DNA of 54,460 bases from a candidate division WOR-3 bacterium. GTDB lineage: Bacteria > Hydrothermota > Tepidihabitantia > SM23-42. A program made the position numbers and the translations under genes. The first letter of the stretch is position 1. Each line of letters begins with the position of its first letter. Location: the NCBI GenBank assembly GCA_016936155.1, contig JAFGPO010000032.1:1-54460 (forward strand). The letters run 5' to 3'. The notes under the pieces are model-generated. The model did not search any database, had not been told where the DNA came from, and was given only the letters and a program-made list of their open reading frames with translations. Shown one piece after another: positions 38,833 through 47,693 of this stretch.

Positions 38833-40404
38833 ATGAAACATGTTATAGTATGGGTAATACTCATGGGTTTGTGCAGTGCGTATACCCGCACACCATTGGA
38901 ACAGGGACGACCAGCTGAGATCAAGATCCATGATGGCAACCAGGTCGAGATGTGTGTTTCTAATATCGGTATGTTCGGACATGCTGCGCAATATGGTTTT
39001 GGGTGCTGGTGGCCCAAAGGTTCCGGGCAGAACTACATATTTGGCGCCGGCATGTGGTTTGGCACGATCGATAGTCTCACCAATGATACGCTCGTTTCGA
39101 TCGGCTATGGCCCTCACGGCGGGGAAACTGAATTCGTGCCCGGGCTTAAGGACATACCGCAGAATCACCCGGATGCTATTATCTACATGTATCCGGAGAA
39201 CTGGCCGCCGCCTGACAGTACGTTCCCCATGGCTCCACAAAAGCGCGTGTCAGATGAAGATTCCTGGTGCTGTTTTAATGACTGTGACAGCACGTGCCAT
39301 ATTCCCGGGGATGGGTATCCGATCGGTCTTGAGGTGTACCAGTGGATCTACGTTTGGGATGAGCCGTTCATCGACGATATCATTTTTTTCCTCTATACGG
39401 TCAAAAATGTGTCCGGTCGTAACCTGTATGATTGCTACACCGGTATATGCATGGATAATGATATTGGTAACGAAGCCGGCAGCGGTGCTGATGATCAGTG
39501 TACAATAATGCTCGAGGATATCTATTTCATTGATGAAAAACTCTACCTCGTGGACAACCTTGGATATCAATGGGACGGGGATGATTATAATCAAGGCTGG
39601 CCCAACAGCGGGGCGCTGGGTGTTGATATGCTGCAGACACCTTTTGACTTGCAGCCTGGTGTGGATAAGGATGAAGACGGCATTATGGATCAGTATGAAC
39701 GCGACAGCGCATTTTACTGGGACAATATTCCAGAAGAAAAGTGGGACGTTGATAACGATGCAGTACCTGACTGGCGCGACGCGTCTGAGAATCCGCAACT
39801 GGGGATGACCGCGTTCAAGATATTTTCGTTGAATTACGAACCCAACCTTGATCCTGAGCGTTACCTTACCCTGGCAGGATATAATTTCCAGAATGGCATG
39901 TACGAGCCATACGACACGCTTATCCCATCGCCCACTGATCAAAGGTTCCTCATGTCCTCGGGTCCGTTCGATCTTAAGGCTGATTCTTCCCTCTTGTTTT
40001 TCTTCGCGGTGGTGCTGGCTGATTGGGGAGATGATGCAGTTCCGCCGGCTGAAACGTGCCTTGTGATCGCGGATCACTGGGCGCAGTGGCAGTACGATAT
40101 GGCCTGGTTTTTGAATATCGAGGAGGCGGATACTGTGACAATGCATCCGATGTCACTTACTGTGTCACCAAATCCAGTTTCACGCAGCGGTATCGTGATG
40201 TTTTCTTTAGATACCCCGTGCGAGTGTTCGCTCAAATTGTATGACGTGACCGGTGCGTGCGTGCAGGAGATCGTAAATGGCCGCCTGGGAAGCGGAGCCC
40301 ACCAGTACCGTGTTGACACCCGGGCTCTGGCTCAGGGCACCTACTTTGCAGTACTTGATACGGGAGAAGGGCAGGCAACCAGATCGCTCATTGTGGTGCG
40401 ATAA
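38833..40404 (+). CDS. secreted acidic protein with Ca-binding DxDxDG repeats and T9SS type A-like CTD
   Basis: AGGAGG RBS, signal peptide, DKDEDGIMD / DVDNDAVPD, SSGPFDL, CTD VSPNP...LYDVTG...GTYFAVL. Confidence 0.85.
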   Translation: MKHVIVWVILMGLCSAYTRTPLEQGRPAEIKIHDGNQVEMCVSNIGMFGHAAQYGFGCWWPKGSGQNYIFGAGMWFGTIDSLTNDTLVSIGYGPHGGETEFVPGLKDIPQNHPDAIIYMYPENWPPPDSTFPMAPQKRVSDEDSWCCFNDCDSTCHIPGDGYPIGLEVYQWIYVWDEPFIDDIIFFLYTVKNVSGRNLYDCYTGICMDNDIGNEAGSGADDQCTIMLEDIYFIDEKLYLVDNLGYQWDGDDYNQGWPNSGALGVDMLQTPFDLQPGVDKDEDGIMDQYERDSAFYWDNIPEEKWDVDNDAVPDWRDASENPQLGMTAFKIFSLNYEPNLDPERYLTLAGYNFQNGMYEPYDTLIPSPTDQRFLMSSGPFDLKADSSLLFFFAVVLADWGDDAVPPAETCLVIADHWAQWQYDMAWFLNIEEADTVTMHPMSLTVSPNPVSRSGIVMFSLDTPCECSLKLYDVTGACVQEIVNGRLGSGAHQYRVDTRALAQGTYFAVLDTGEGQATRSLIVVR

Positions 40405-40422
40405 ATCATGTATCGTGTAAAC

Positions 40423-40451
40423 AAAGAGCGGGGTATCGGCCCCGCTCTTTT
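40423..40451. terminator. bidirectional intrinsic terminator
   Basis: AAAGAGCGGGGT-ATCG-GCCCCGCTCTTTT between convergent genes. Confidence 0.85.
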
Positions 40452-40471
40452 ATTTTCTCAATGAGAGCGAC

Positions 40472-40912
40472 CTACAATTTGACAAATGGAATCTGTGCTT
40501 CTTTGAGCATGTCGATCGCGAGTTCGTCCGGATACTCCTCTTTATATAGTATCTTTTTGATATGGGCATTAATGAGCATTTTCGTGCAGATGAAACACGG
40601 CTGGTGTGTCGAATATATGTAACTGTCGCGGATGCTTACCCCAAAGGTTGCGGCCTGGATGATCGCGTTCTGCTCGGCGTGCGTACCGCGGCATATTTCA
40701 TGTCGTTCACCCGGAGGTACACCGAGTTTTTCTCTGAGACATCCGACTTCGATGCAGTGCGCAATGCCGCTCGGTGCCCCGTTATACCCGGTTGCAAGGA
40801 TACGTTTATCCTTAACGATCACGGCGCCGACATTGCGGCGTATGCAGGTCGACCGTTGTGCAATAAGCTCCGCGATCGACATAAAGTACTGATCCCAGGA
40901 TTTACGTACCAC
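40472..40912 (-). CDS. dCMP deaminase (ComEB family)
   Basis: RSTC, TGYNG, HAEQNA, PCFIC. Confidence 0.93.
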   Translation of the reverse strand: MVRKSWDQYFMSIAELIAQRSTCIRRNVGAVIVKDKRILATGYNGAPSGIAHCIEVGCLREKLGVPPGERHEICRGTHAEQNAIIQAATFGVSIRDSYIYSTHQPCFICTKMLINAHIKKILYKEEYPDELAIDMLKEAQIPFVKL

Positions 40913-40913
40913 G

Positions 40914-43337
40914 TCACACTTCTGCCTTGATGCGCGCGATCGCGCACACCATGTCGCCTGGAGTGAGCGTAATGATCTTGACGCCCTTTGCCTGGCGGCC
41001 GAGTACCTTGATCGTGTTCACGGGCGTGCGTATTACCTTACCGGTTTTTGTCATGACAATGAGATCGTCATCATCGTTGACGCTTGCGACACCCGCGACC
41101 TTGCCGGTTTTTGCATCGATGGTCATGCCTTTCATGCCTTTGCCGCCCCGGCCTTTTTCCCCTACCGAATCATAGGCGACGCGTTTACCGATACCTTTTT
41201 CCGCGATAATAAGCATGTCCTCATCTTTGCGCACGATATTGAAGCCGATCACTTCATTGCCCTTGGCAAGACGGACCCCCCGCACGCCCCCGGCATTCCT
41301 GCCCATGGACCGCACGTTCTTTTCTGAAAAACGCAGCGTCAGCCCATCGCGGGTCGTGAGGAGCACCGAATCATCACCGTGGGTAAGACCGACCTCAATA
41401 AGCCGGTCCCCTTTGCTGAGGTTGATCGCGATGATGCCTTTTTTACGGATGTTGGCAAAATCCGCAAGGTTTGTTTTCTTGACCGTCCCGGCCTTGGTCG
41501 CCATGAAAATAAAGTGATCAGAGGAAAATTCCTTTATCGACATGAGGCAGGCGGATATCTTCTCGCCTTCACTGAGCTCGATGAAATTGGCGATTGAACG
41601 GCCTTTTGAAAACGGTCCTGCTTCAGGTATCTCGTAGACCTTCCGGGCATACACTTTGCCTTGGTCCGAGAAAAAAAGGAGCGTGTCTGTCGTTACGGTA
41701 ATGAGAAGCTGATTTGCAAAATCCTCAGAACCGATCTCCACGATCTTGCGCCCTTGTCCGCCCCGGGTTTGCTTGCGGTAAGTCGAAATCGGCTGCCGCT
41801 TGATGTATCCTTTTTGAGTAAGGGTGATGACCATATCTTCTTCACCGATGAGATCCTCGATCGTGAGTTCTTCAGGTTCCGCGTCAACGATGCTCGTCCT
41901 GCGCGACTGCTGGTATTTCTTTTCGATGACCTGAAGTTCTTCTTTGATCAGTTCATATACTCCTTTGGGCGATTTCAGGATGGACTTCAGGCGGGCGATC
42001 TCCTTGATCAGTTCAAGGTATTCTGTATCGAGCGCTTCCTTTTCCAGATTCGTAAGACGGGAAAGTTTCATATCGAGGATCGCCTGCGCCTGGATTTCGG
42101 ATAAAGAGAACCGCTCCATGAGTTTTGTTTTTGCGATCTGGACATCCTTTGATTTCTTGATGATCTGAACGACCTCATCGATATTCTCGATCGCGATCTT
42201 CAGACCTTCCAGGATGTGAGCGCGTTTTTCCGCTTCCGCGAGTTCGAATTTTGTGCGCCGGGTAATGACTTCGTATCGGAAATCGAGGAATTGCTGGAGC
42301 ATTTGCCGGAGGGATAAGGTTTTAGGCGTTTCATTCACGAGTGCGAGCAGCTGGATGCTGTAGGTCGTCTGTAGCTGGGTGTGTTTATACAGGTTATTGA
42401 GGACGACCTGGGGATTGGCGTCGCGCTTCAGTTCGACCACGACTCTGATGCCATCTTTATCCGATTCGTCCCGCAGATCAGTGACATCATCGATCTTTTT
42501 GGCACGTGCGAGTTCAGCGATCTTCTCAAGGAGTGAAGATTTGTTCACCTGGTAGGGGATCTCAGTGACAATGATCGCCTGTTTTCCTCCTTTGATGTCT
42601 TCGATCCGTATCTTGCCGCGGATGATGAGCCGGCCTTTTCCAGTCCGATAGGCATCTTTGATCCCGCTCATCCCGGCAATGACCCCGCCGGTCGGGAAAT
42701 CCGGCCCCGGGATGAGTTCGAGAAGTTTTTCGTCCCTGACCTCAGGATCATCGATGAGTGTGATCAATGCAGCAATCAGTTCGTTCAGGTTATGGGGAGG
42801 GATATTCGTTGCCATACCCACGGCAATGCCCGCCGAACCATTACACAGGAGATTAGGGTAGGAGGCTGGCAGGACCGTAGGCTCTTGCAGGCGGCCGTCA
42901 AAGTTCGGTACAAAATCAACGGTTTCTTTTTTCAGATCGCGAAGCAGTTCTTCGGCGAGCGCGGTCAGGCGCGCTTCAGTGTACCGGTATGCTGCTGCGG
43001 CGTCCCCATCGATCGAACCGAAATTGCCCTGTCCATCGACAAGGGCATACCGCATTGAAAAATCCTGCGCCATGCGGACGAGCGCATCATAGATCGCCAT
43101 GTCGCCGTGCGGATGGTACTTGCCCAGCACATCACCGATCACGGTCGCGGATTTTTTGAAGGGGCGGTTTGCATGAAGCCCTGCTTCGCTCATCGCGTAA
43201 AGGATACGGCGCTGCACGGGTTTTAAACCATCCCGGGCATCCGGCAGGGCGCGCCCGACAATGACGCTCATTGCATAATCAAGGTATGAAGATTTAATCT
43301 CATCTTCGATATAGACGTTTGCGATACGTTCAGCCAT
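40914..43337 (-). CDS. gyrA: DNA gyrase subunit A
   Basis: [16 protein letters not shown], GyrA-box QTRGGQG, C-terminal pinwheel repeats. Confidence 0.97.
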   Translation of the reverse strand: MAERIANVYIEDEIKSSYLDYAMSVIVGRALPDARDGLKPVQRRILYAMSEAGLHANRPFKKSATVIGDVLGKYHPHGDMAIYDALVRMAQDFSMRYALVDGQGNFGSIDGDAAAAYRYTEARLTALAEELLRDLKKETVDFVPNFDGRLQEPTVLPASYPNLLCNGSAGIAVGMATNIPPHNLNELIAALITLIDDPEVRDEKLLELIPGPDFPTGGVIAGMSGIKDAYRTGKGRLIIRGKIRIEDIKGGKQAIIVTEIPYQVNKSSLLEKIAELARAKKIDDVTDLRDESDKDGIRVVVELKRDANPQVVLNNLYKHTQLQTTYSIQLLALVNETPKTLSLRQMLQQFLDFRYEVITRRTKFELAEAEKRAHILEGLKIAIENIDEVVQIIKKSKDVQIAKTKLMERFSLSEIQAQAILDMKLSRLTNLEKEALDTEYLELIKEIARLKSILKSPKGVYELIKEELQVIEKKYQQSRRTSIVDAEPEELTIEDLIGEEDMVITLTQKGYIKRQPISTYRKQTRGGQGRKIVEIGSEDFANQLLITVTTDTLLFFSDQGKVYARKVYEIPEAGPFSKGRSIANFIELSEGEKISACLMSIKEFSSDHFIFMATKAGTVKKTNLADFANIRKKGIIAINLSKGDRLIEVGLTHGDDSVLLTTRDGLTLRFSEKNVRSMGRNAGGVRGVRLAKGNEVIGFNIVRKDEDMLIIAEKGIGKRVAYDSVGEKGRGGKGMKGMTIDAKTGKVAGVASVNDDDDLIVMTKTGKVIRTPVNTIKVLGRQAKGVKIITLTPGDMVCAIARIKAEV

Positions 43338-43343
43338 GAGGTA

Positions 43344-43371
43344 ATTATAGCGAAATTCCGGGCTAAGTCAA
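43344..43371 (-). promoter_or_regulatory. sigma70-type promoter, leaderless (gyrA)
   Basis: TTGACT-16-TATAAT-6-ATG. Confidence 0.8.
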
Positions 43372-43419
43372 TACCGGTCATGTCGCGGGAAAACGTTGGG
43401 GGATAACGCATTGCGAATT

Positions 43420-43765
43420 TCCCATTAGAAAACAGAGATGTTCTAACGGGGCAGGCGGAATGCGGATTGCGGGAGGATACTAAGACAGCATACCAGGATA
43501 CTAGACTATCAGCAGGCAGCACACCAGAGTATCAGAATATCAGGAATCCTTCGGATTCAATTACAGTGATTAACAGAAAGATTACGACGATATTATCCCC
43601 TGATAATCCGGGTTGCTGGTATTCTGCGTACTGTTAACCTGATGTGCTGATATACTGCTTTGTTATTAGTTATTGGTTATTACGTTATTATTCGCTTTAC
43701 GCCCTACGCTTTACGCTTAATTTCTCGGCCTACGGCTTAGTGCCTTCGACCCTCAGTCCGCGGTC
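43420..43765. repeat. intergenic repeat mosaic
   Basis: Mini inverted repeat TCCCATTAGAA...TTCTAACGGGG (43420-43451); ~8-mer ATCAG/ACCAG arrays facing inverted CTGAT/CTGGT arrays; 47-bp unit 43697-43743 repeated at 50834-50880. Confidence 0.7.
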
Positions 43766-44602
43766 TTAAATCGGTACTCTGTACGCTTTCCGCTTCGTGA
43801 ATCCGCACACCGCATCGTACCCGAATGATCGCGCGTATGCGTAACCATCGATCAAGCCCCGGCCAAGGTCCCCTGGACGATGCGCGTCCGAGCCGATCGT
43901 GAGTTTCTTGATCCCGGCATTGCGTGCGCACTCCATAATCGGCGCGGCCGGGTAGATCTCATTGACGCGGCGTAATCCGGCAGTGTTGATCTCCAGCGCG
44001 ATGTCATACCGGGCCATGAGTTCGAACACGCTCTGTACCTGTTCAACCGGGAAGTCCCCGATCGTCTCACCGTAAAAACCATAGCCGTATTTCTTGTAAA
44101 CATCAACGTGTCCGAGCGAATCAAAGAGTCGGCTTTTAACCAGGTCCTCGACTGCACCATAGTATTCCTTGAGCAGCGCCTGGGCGCGGCGGTGTTCGAA
44201 ATAACCGGTATATTCCTTGGAACTGTCGATACAGACGTGGTTAAGGCAGTGAATACTGCCGAGCACGAAGTCAAGATCGAGCCCGCGTATGATCTCATCG
44301 AGGCGTGGTCCGATACCGTCGAAGTAACCGATCTCGATCCCGTTTTTCACGATCAATCCCTTGCCGCGGTAGGTGTCAGCGATTCCGTGGATCGCATCGT
44401 ACAAAGCAGCGACCCCTTCATGGGTTATCGGGACCATGGATCCATTCCAGCGTATGAGATTGTCGCTGCGCTCTGGATCGAGTTCGCAATGATTGGTGAA
44501 ACATATCTCTTTCAATCCGATGCGCAGCGCCTGGTCGCAGAACGCGCTCAGGGATCCTTCAGCATCGATCGAGTGTTCGGTGTGGATGTGGTAATCAATC
44601 AT
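43766..44602 (-). CDS. PHP-family histidinol-phosphatase (HisJ/HisK-like)
   Basis: DYHIHT, GIEIG, GSIH, GHVD, EINTAG, GSDAH. Confidence 0.9.
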   Translation of the reverse strand: MIDYHIHTEHSIDAEGSLSAFCDQALRIGLKEICFTNHCELDPERSDNLIRWNGSMVPITHEGVAALYDAIHGIADTYRGKGLIVKNGIEIGYFDGIGPRLDEIIRGLDLDFVLGSIHCLNHVCIDSSKEYTGYFEHRRAQALLKEYYGAVEDLVKSRLFDSLGHVDVYKKYGYGFYGETIGDFPVEQVQSVFELMARYDIALEINTAGLRRVNEIYPAAPIMECARNAGIKKLTIGSDAHRPGDLGRGLIDGYAYARSFGYDAVCGFTKRKAYRVPI

Positions 44603-44637
44603 TTTTTCGAAGAAAAATTGGATTCATGCGGATATTA

Positions 44638-45306
44638 CTACGTGAGGATGACATTCTCGCCTAAGGGTACGAATTTGTCGGCTTTCTCCTTGAGATCGTA
44701 CGCGGTATTGTCCGGGAACGCGAACACCTCAACGCGCTTGTTCTTCGTCTTGATGAATTCCACGAGCGCCGCGAAGTCACCATCGCCTGAGGCGAGCACG
44801 ATCGTGTCAACGTGATCCACCATGCCAAGGATATCGAGCGCCATCCCCATATCCCAATTCGCTTTGGCTGAGCCGTCGGATCTGGTCCGGACATCCTTTG
44901 TCTTGACGAGATACCCGATGCGTTCCAGGCTTGTGGCGAACGGTTTTACATCACCGTCTGGTGGTTGGACGATGTAGGCGAATGCTTTTACAAGTTTGCG
45001 CTCTTCCGTGATCAGCCTGAGCAATTTTTCATAATTGACCTTGGCTGCATACCCCATGCGGGCAGAGTAATACAAGTTCTGTGAATCGACAAAAAGGGCG
45101 ATGCGTTCTTTTTTGAAAATTGTTGATGATTCAATAAGGGTACGTAAGGCTTGTATTTCACTGCATAGTTTATTATTTGTTTCAATACTCTGTGCAATAT
45201 CTTTGCGGATATTTTGCAGGGTGCTCTCCATTTTTGGCATGATCGCCCTGGTTATAGTTCGGTAAATTTCGTCCTTTACCGTGATGCGACTGTGCTTATG
45301 TTCCAT
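44638..45306 (-). CDS. NYN (LabA/DUF88) domain protein with N-terminal coiled coil
   Basis: FVDSQNL, KANWDMGMALD, LASGDGDF. Confidence 0.92.
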   Translation of the reverse strand: MEHKHSRITVKDEIYRTITRAIMPKMESTLQNIRKDIAQSIETNNKLCSEIQALRTLIESSTIFKKERIALFVDSQNLYYSARMGYAAKVNYEKLLRLITEERKLVKAFAYIVQPPDGDVKPFATSLERIGYLVKTKDVRTRSDGSAKANWDMGMALDILGMVDHVDTIVLASGDGDFAALVEFIKTKNKRVEVFAFPDNTAYDLKEKADKFVPLGENVILT

Positions 45307-45333
45307 GATTTTCCCCTTTCTAAATAAAGGATA

Positions 45334-46614
45334 TCAGTTGATAAGATCGCGAAGCGATTCCGGGAGATATTTATACAACGTTGGTTGATTTGACTCACCT
45401 GACACATTCGACCATATGAGCGTATACTCATTGGTGCCCCGGATATCGACGAAAACGAACTGATCTCCATTGAAATACTGCCAGTGTTCATAAGGTTTGG
45501 ATTCTTGATATGCGAGGAAGCTCTTTTCCCGCTCATCCGGTTCACCATATTTGATATAGATACGGCCGCGTTCGGTTGTGCTTCCTTTTTTTGCGCCTTC
45601 GCTGTAGTTCGCGTCCGCGAACTCAAAACGGTCGGCAATCGCAGGGTAATCCCGCATGCTCCAGAATTTCTCCAGGTATATTCTCTTGCCATCCGCCGGC
45701 AGATCAAGGAATGCCTTATAATCTCTGGAACTGAGGAAATATTCGATCCTCTCATAGTAAGGCATATCAGCATAAGTGATCTGCGATGCATCCGCGCGTT
45801 GGACCGTGAATTTGGTATGCTTTTCCCTCACGAGGTCGCTTTTAGGATCGACAACATGGACGTTCAGGGTGTACTCACCGGCATCCAGATTTTTGATGCG
45901 CATCCCGGCATTCATTGCCTGCGAGGAAAACTTTTTGCTGATGATCTGCGAGGTCGTTGAGAGGATCGTTCCGTCATCGGCAACGATCTCATAGCTGATC
46001 TCCATTGTGCCGGTATCCGGTACGATGTCGTAGATCTCGTAGTACACAAAGAGGTGGGAGAAGCGGTCATTGAAGGTGTGGGAGGCTTGCGGAACGACCT
46101 GGAGGTTCCCTTTGCGCAGATAATCCCCAATCGTATCGAGCGTGATCTGACGGGCGAGCAGCAGGTCGCTCATCGCGTAGTCATCCATGCGTAAAGCGAT
46201 AGTATCGCTGATTGTGCCCTGTTTATCCCCGGATGTGACACCGATCGTATATACATAATCACCATCCGGGATGTGCAGGCCGAACTGAACGATGAATGCG
46301 ATTTGCTCCTGAGCTGCTTGTTTGAAAGAAGCGATCGTGAATTGCCGTCGGAGCGTATCCAGGAGCGAATCCGGTTTGTTGAGATTGCTGAGTTTGAAGG
46401 TGATAAGCGCACGCGTTGCGAGGATCGTATCGGTCATCTCATACGATAGTTCGTGATACGGGATGCCGCAGTTGAATTCAAGATAAAGTATGTCGGTGTG
46501 GGTACTCGTCTGCGCGGTGGTATCCTCCATGATGATCGTTGAACGGTATGCGACTGGATCGACATCGATGTCGATGGTATCTGCCGCAAACAGGAAAAGT
46601 GATAAAAAGATCAC
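45334..46614 (-). CDS. GWxTD-domain protein (variant motif)
   Basis: FLEKFW-like segment (YLEKFW), GSTTERGRIYIKYGEPD, YEHWQY; exported N-terminus. Confidence 0.85.
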   Translation of the reverse strand: MIFLSLFLFAADTIDIDVDPVAYRSTIIMEDTTAQTSTHTDILYLEFNCGIPYHELSYEMTDTILATRALITFKLSNLNKPDSLLDTLRRQFTIASFKQAAQEQIAFIVQFGLHIPDGDYVYTIGVTSGDKQGTISDTIALRMDDYAMSDLLLARQITLDTIGDYLRKGNLQVVPQASHTFNDRFSHLFVYYEIYDIVPDTGTMEISYEIVADDGTILSTTSQIISKKFSSQAMNAGMRIKNLDAGEYTLNVHVVDPKSDLVREKHTKFTVQRADASQITYADMPYYERIEYFLSSRDYKAFLDLPADGKRIYLEKFWSMRDYPAIADRFEFADANYSEGAKKGSTTERGRIYIKYGEPDEREKSFLAYQESKPYEHWQYFNGDQFVFVDIRGTNEYTLIWSNVSGESNQPTLYKYLPESLRDLIN

Positions 46615-46619
46615 GGTTA

Positions 46620-47693
46620 CTATCCTCCAGGATTCAAGAGTATGTATTCGCCCAGTCCATGTTTGTCACCGAACACAAACTCCTGATTATTGTGGTAATA
46701 TATCCATACGATGTAAGCATCGTACAGAGTGGGCGCCGGATTCGAGATCGACTTGGGTGGCCCGAGGTGGTAGGGATACGCCTGGATCTCATCCGGCGGA
46801 CCGTGCTTAACGTAGATCTTTGCCCGGTCGCTGCGCCATCCGCGATCCCCGTGGATGAAGTGGTCATCGCAGTAGTCGATTCTCTGGAAGTATTCCACTT
46901 CGCGTTCATTGTGCTCGGTGTTGGGCGTTGGATCGTGTTGTTTCCAGAATGTGTGCCAGAGTGATTCGCGCTCGGCGACCATGGCATTCTTCATTGTTCT
47001 GATATCCGATGTACTCGCGATGTATTCCAGTTGATCGACTCGTGTCGACCAGGTACTTTCATCGAGGTAAAATGTACGGGAGATCATGACCGGGATCATG
47101 AGACCATCGATTTTTATTGAACGAAAAAAAAGATCGAACTTTAATTTATACGATCCGTTCGGCACGTTCGCCACATCGAATGCGAGACTGTCTTCATATT
47201 GGCCGGTGCGGACACGTTTTCCTTCACGGTTGTCATCGATGCGCGCATCGATGCTATCAACATCCCCATCCTTATTAAGGATGGTGAAGGATACGCTGAT
47301 CGTATCGTCATGGAAATCCCATGCGATATTGCCCAGGTATTTTATCTCCAGGATCCGGTCCTGAACTGACAGGAGGAGGCCGCCGTGCCGATCGATGATG
47401 CGCAGTTCGTAGCGTTCACTCTTTTTATCGATAATCATGTGGATCGAATCTTCGATCTCTTCCTGCGATGCCGGGTACTGGCGCTCCCAGAAGTCCCCGT
47501 GCAGCTGGTTCTTTTTGCCGTCGAACACGGTCAATTGCACTTCGTATTTGACATACTCTTCATCGTGCATGGTGACAACGTGCAGTTTATCGCTGGGGAG
47601 CGTGTAGTATATTATGAGTTCCTGCTCAGCATCGCTGTACGGACGATTCATCGCCTGCCACTCGATCTGACACAACAGGAGGAAAAGGATCAT
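46620..47693 (-). CDS. GWxTD-domain protein
   Basis: FWKQHDPTPNTEHNE, GWRSDRAKIYVKHGPPD. Confidence 0.9.
   Translation of the reverse strand: MILFLLLCQIEWQAMNRPYSDAEQELIIYYTLPSDKLHVVTMHDEEYVKYEVQLTVFDGKKNQLHGDFWERQYPASQEEIEDSIHMIIDKKSERYELRIIDRHGGLLLSVQDRILEIKYLGNIAWDFHDDTISVSFTILNKDGDVDSIDARIDDNREGKRVRTGQYEDSLAFDVANVPNGSYKLKFDLFFRSIKIDGLMIPVMISRTFYLDESTWSTRVDQLEYIASTSDIRTMKNAMVAERESLWHTFWKQHDPTPNTEHNEREVEYFQRIDYCDDHFIHGDRGWRSDRAKIYVKHGPPDEIQAYPYHLGPPKSISNPAPTLYDAYIVWIYYHNNQEFVFGDKHGLGEYILLNPGG

Noticed and set aside
40914-43337. parC assignment, or stand-alone gyrA as a novelty
   Set aside because: The GyrA-box is present, and gyrA separated from gyrB is common.
43475-43745. Periodic repeats as a CRISPR array
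   Set aside because: The units are 7-9 bp and degenerate, with no constant repeat/unique spacer structure and no cas genes.
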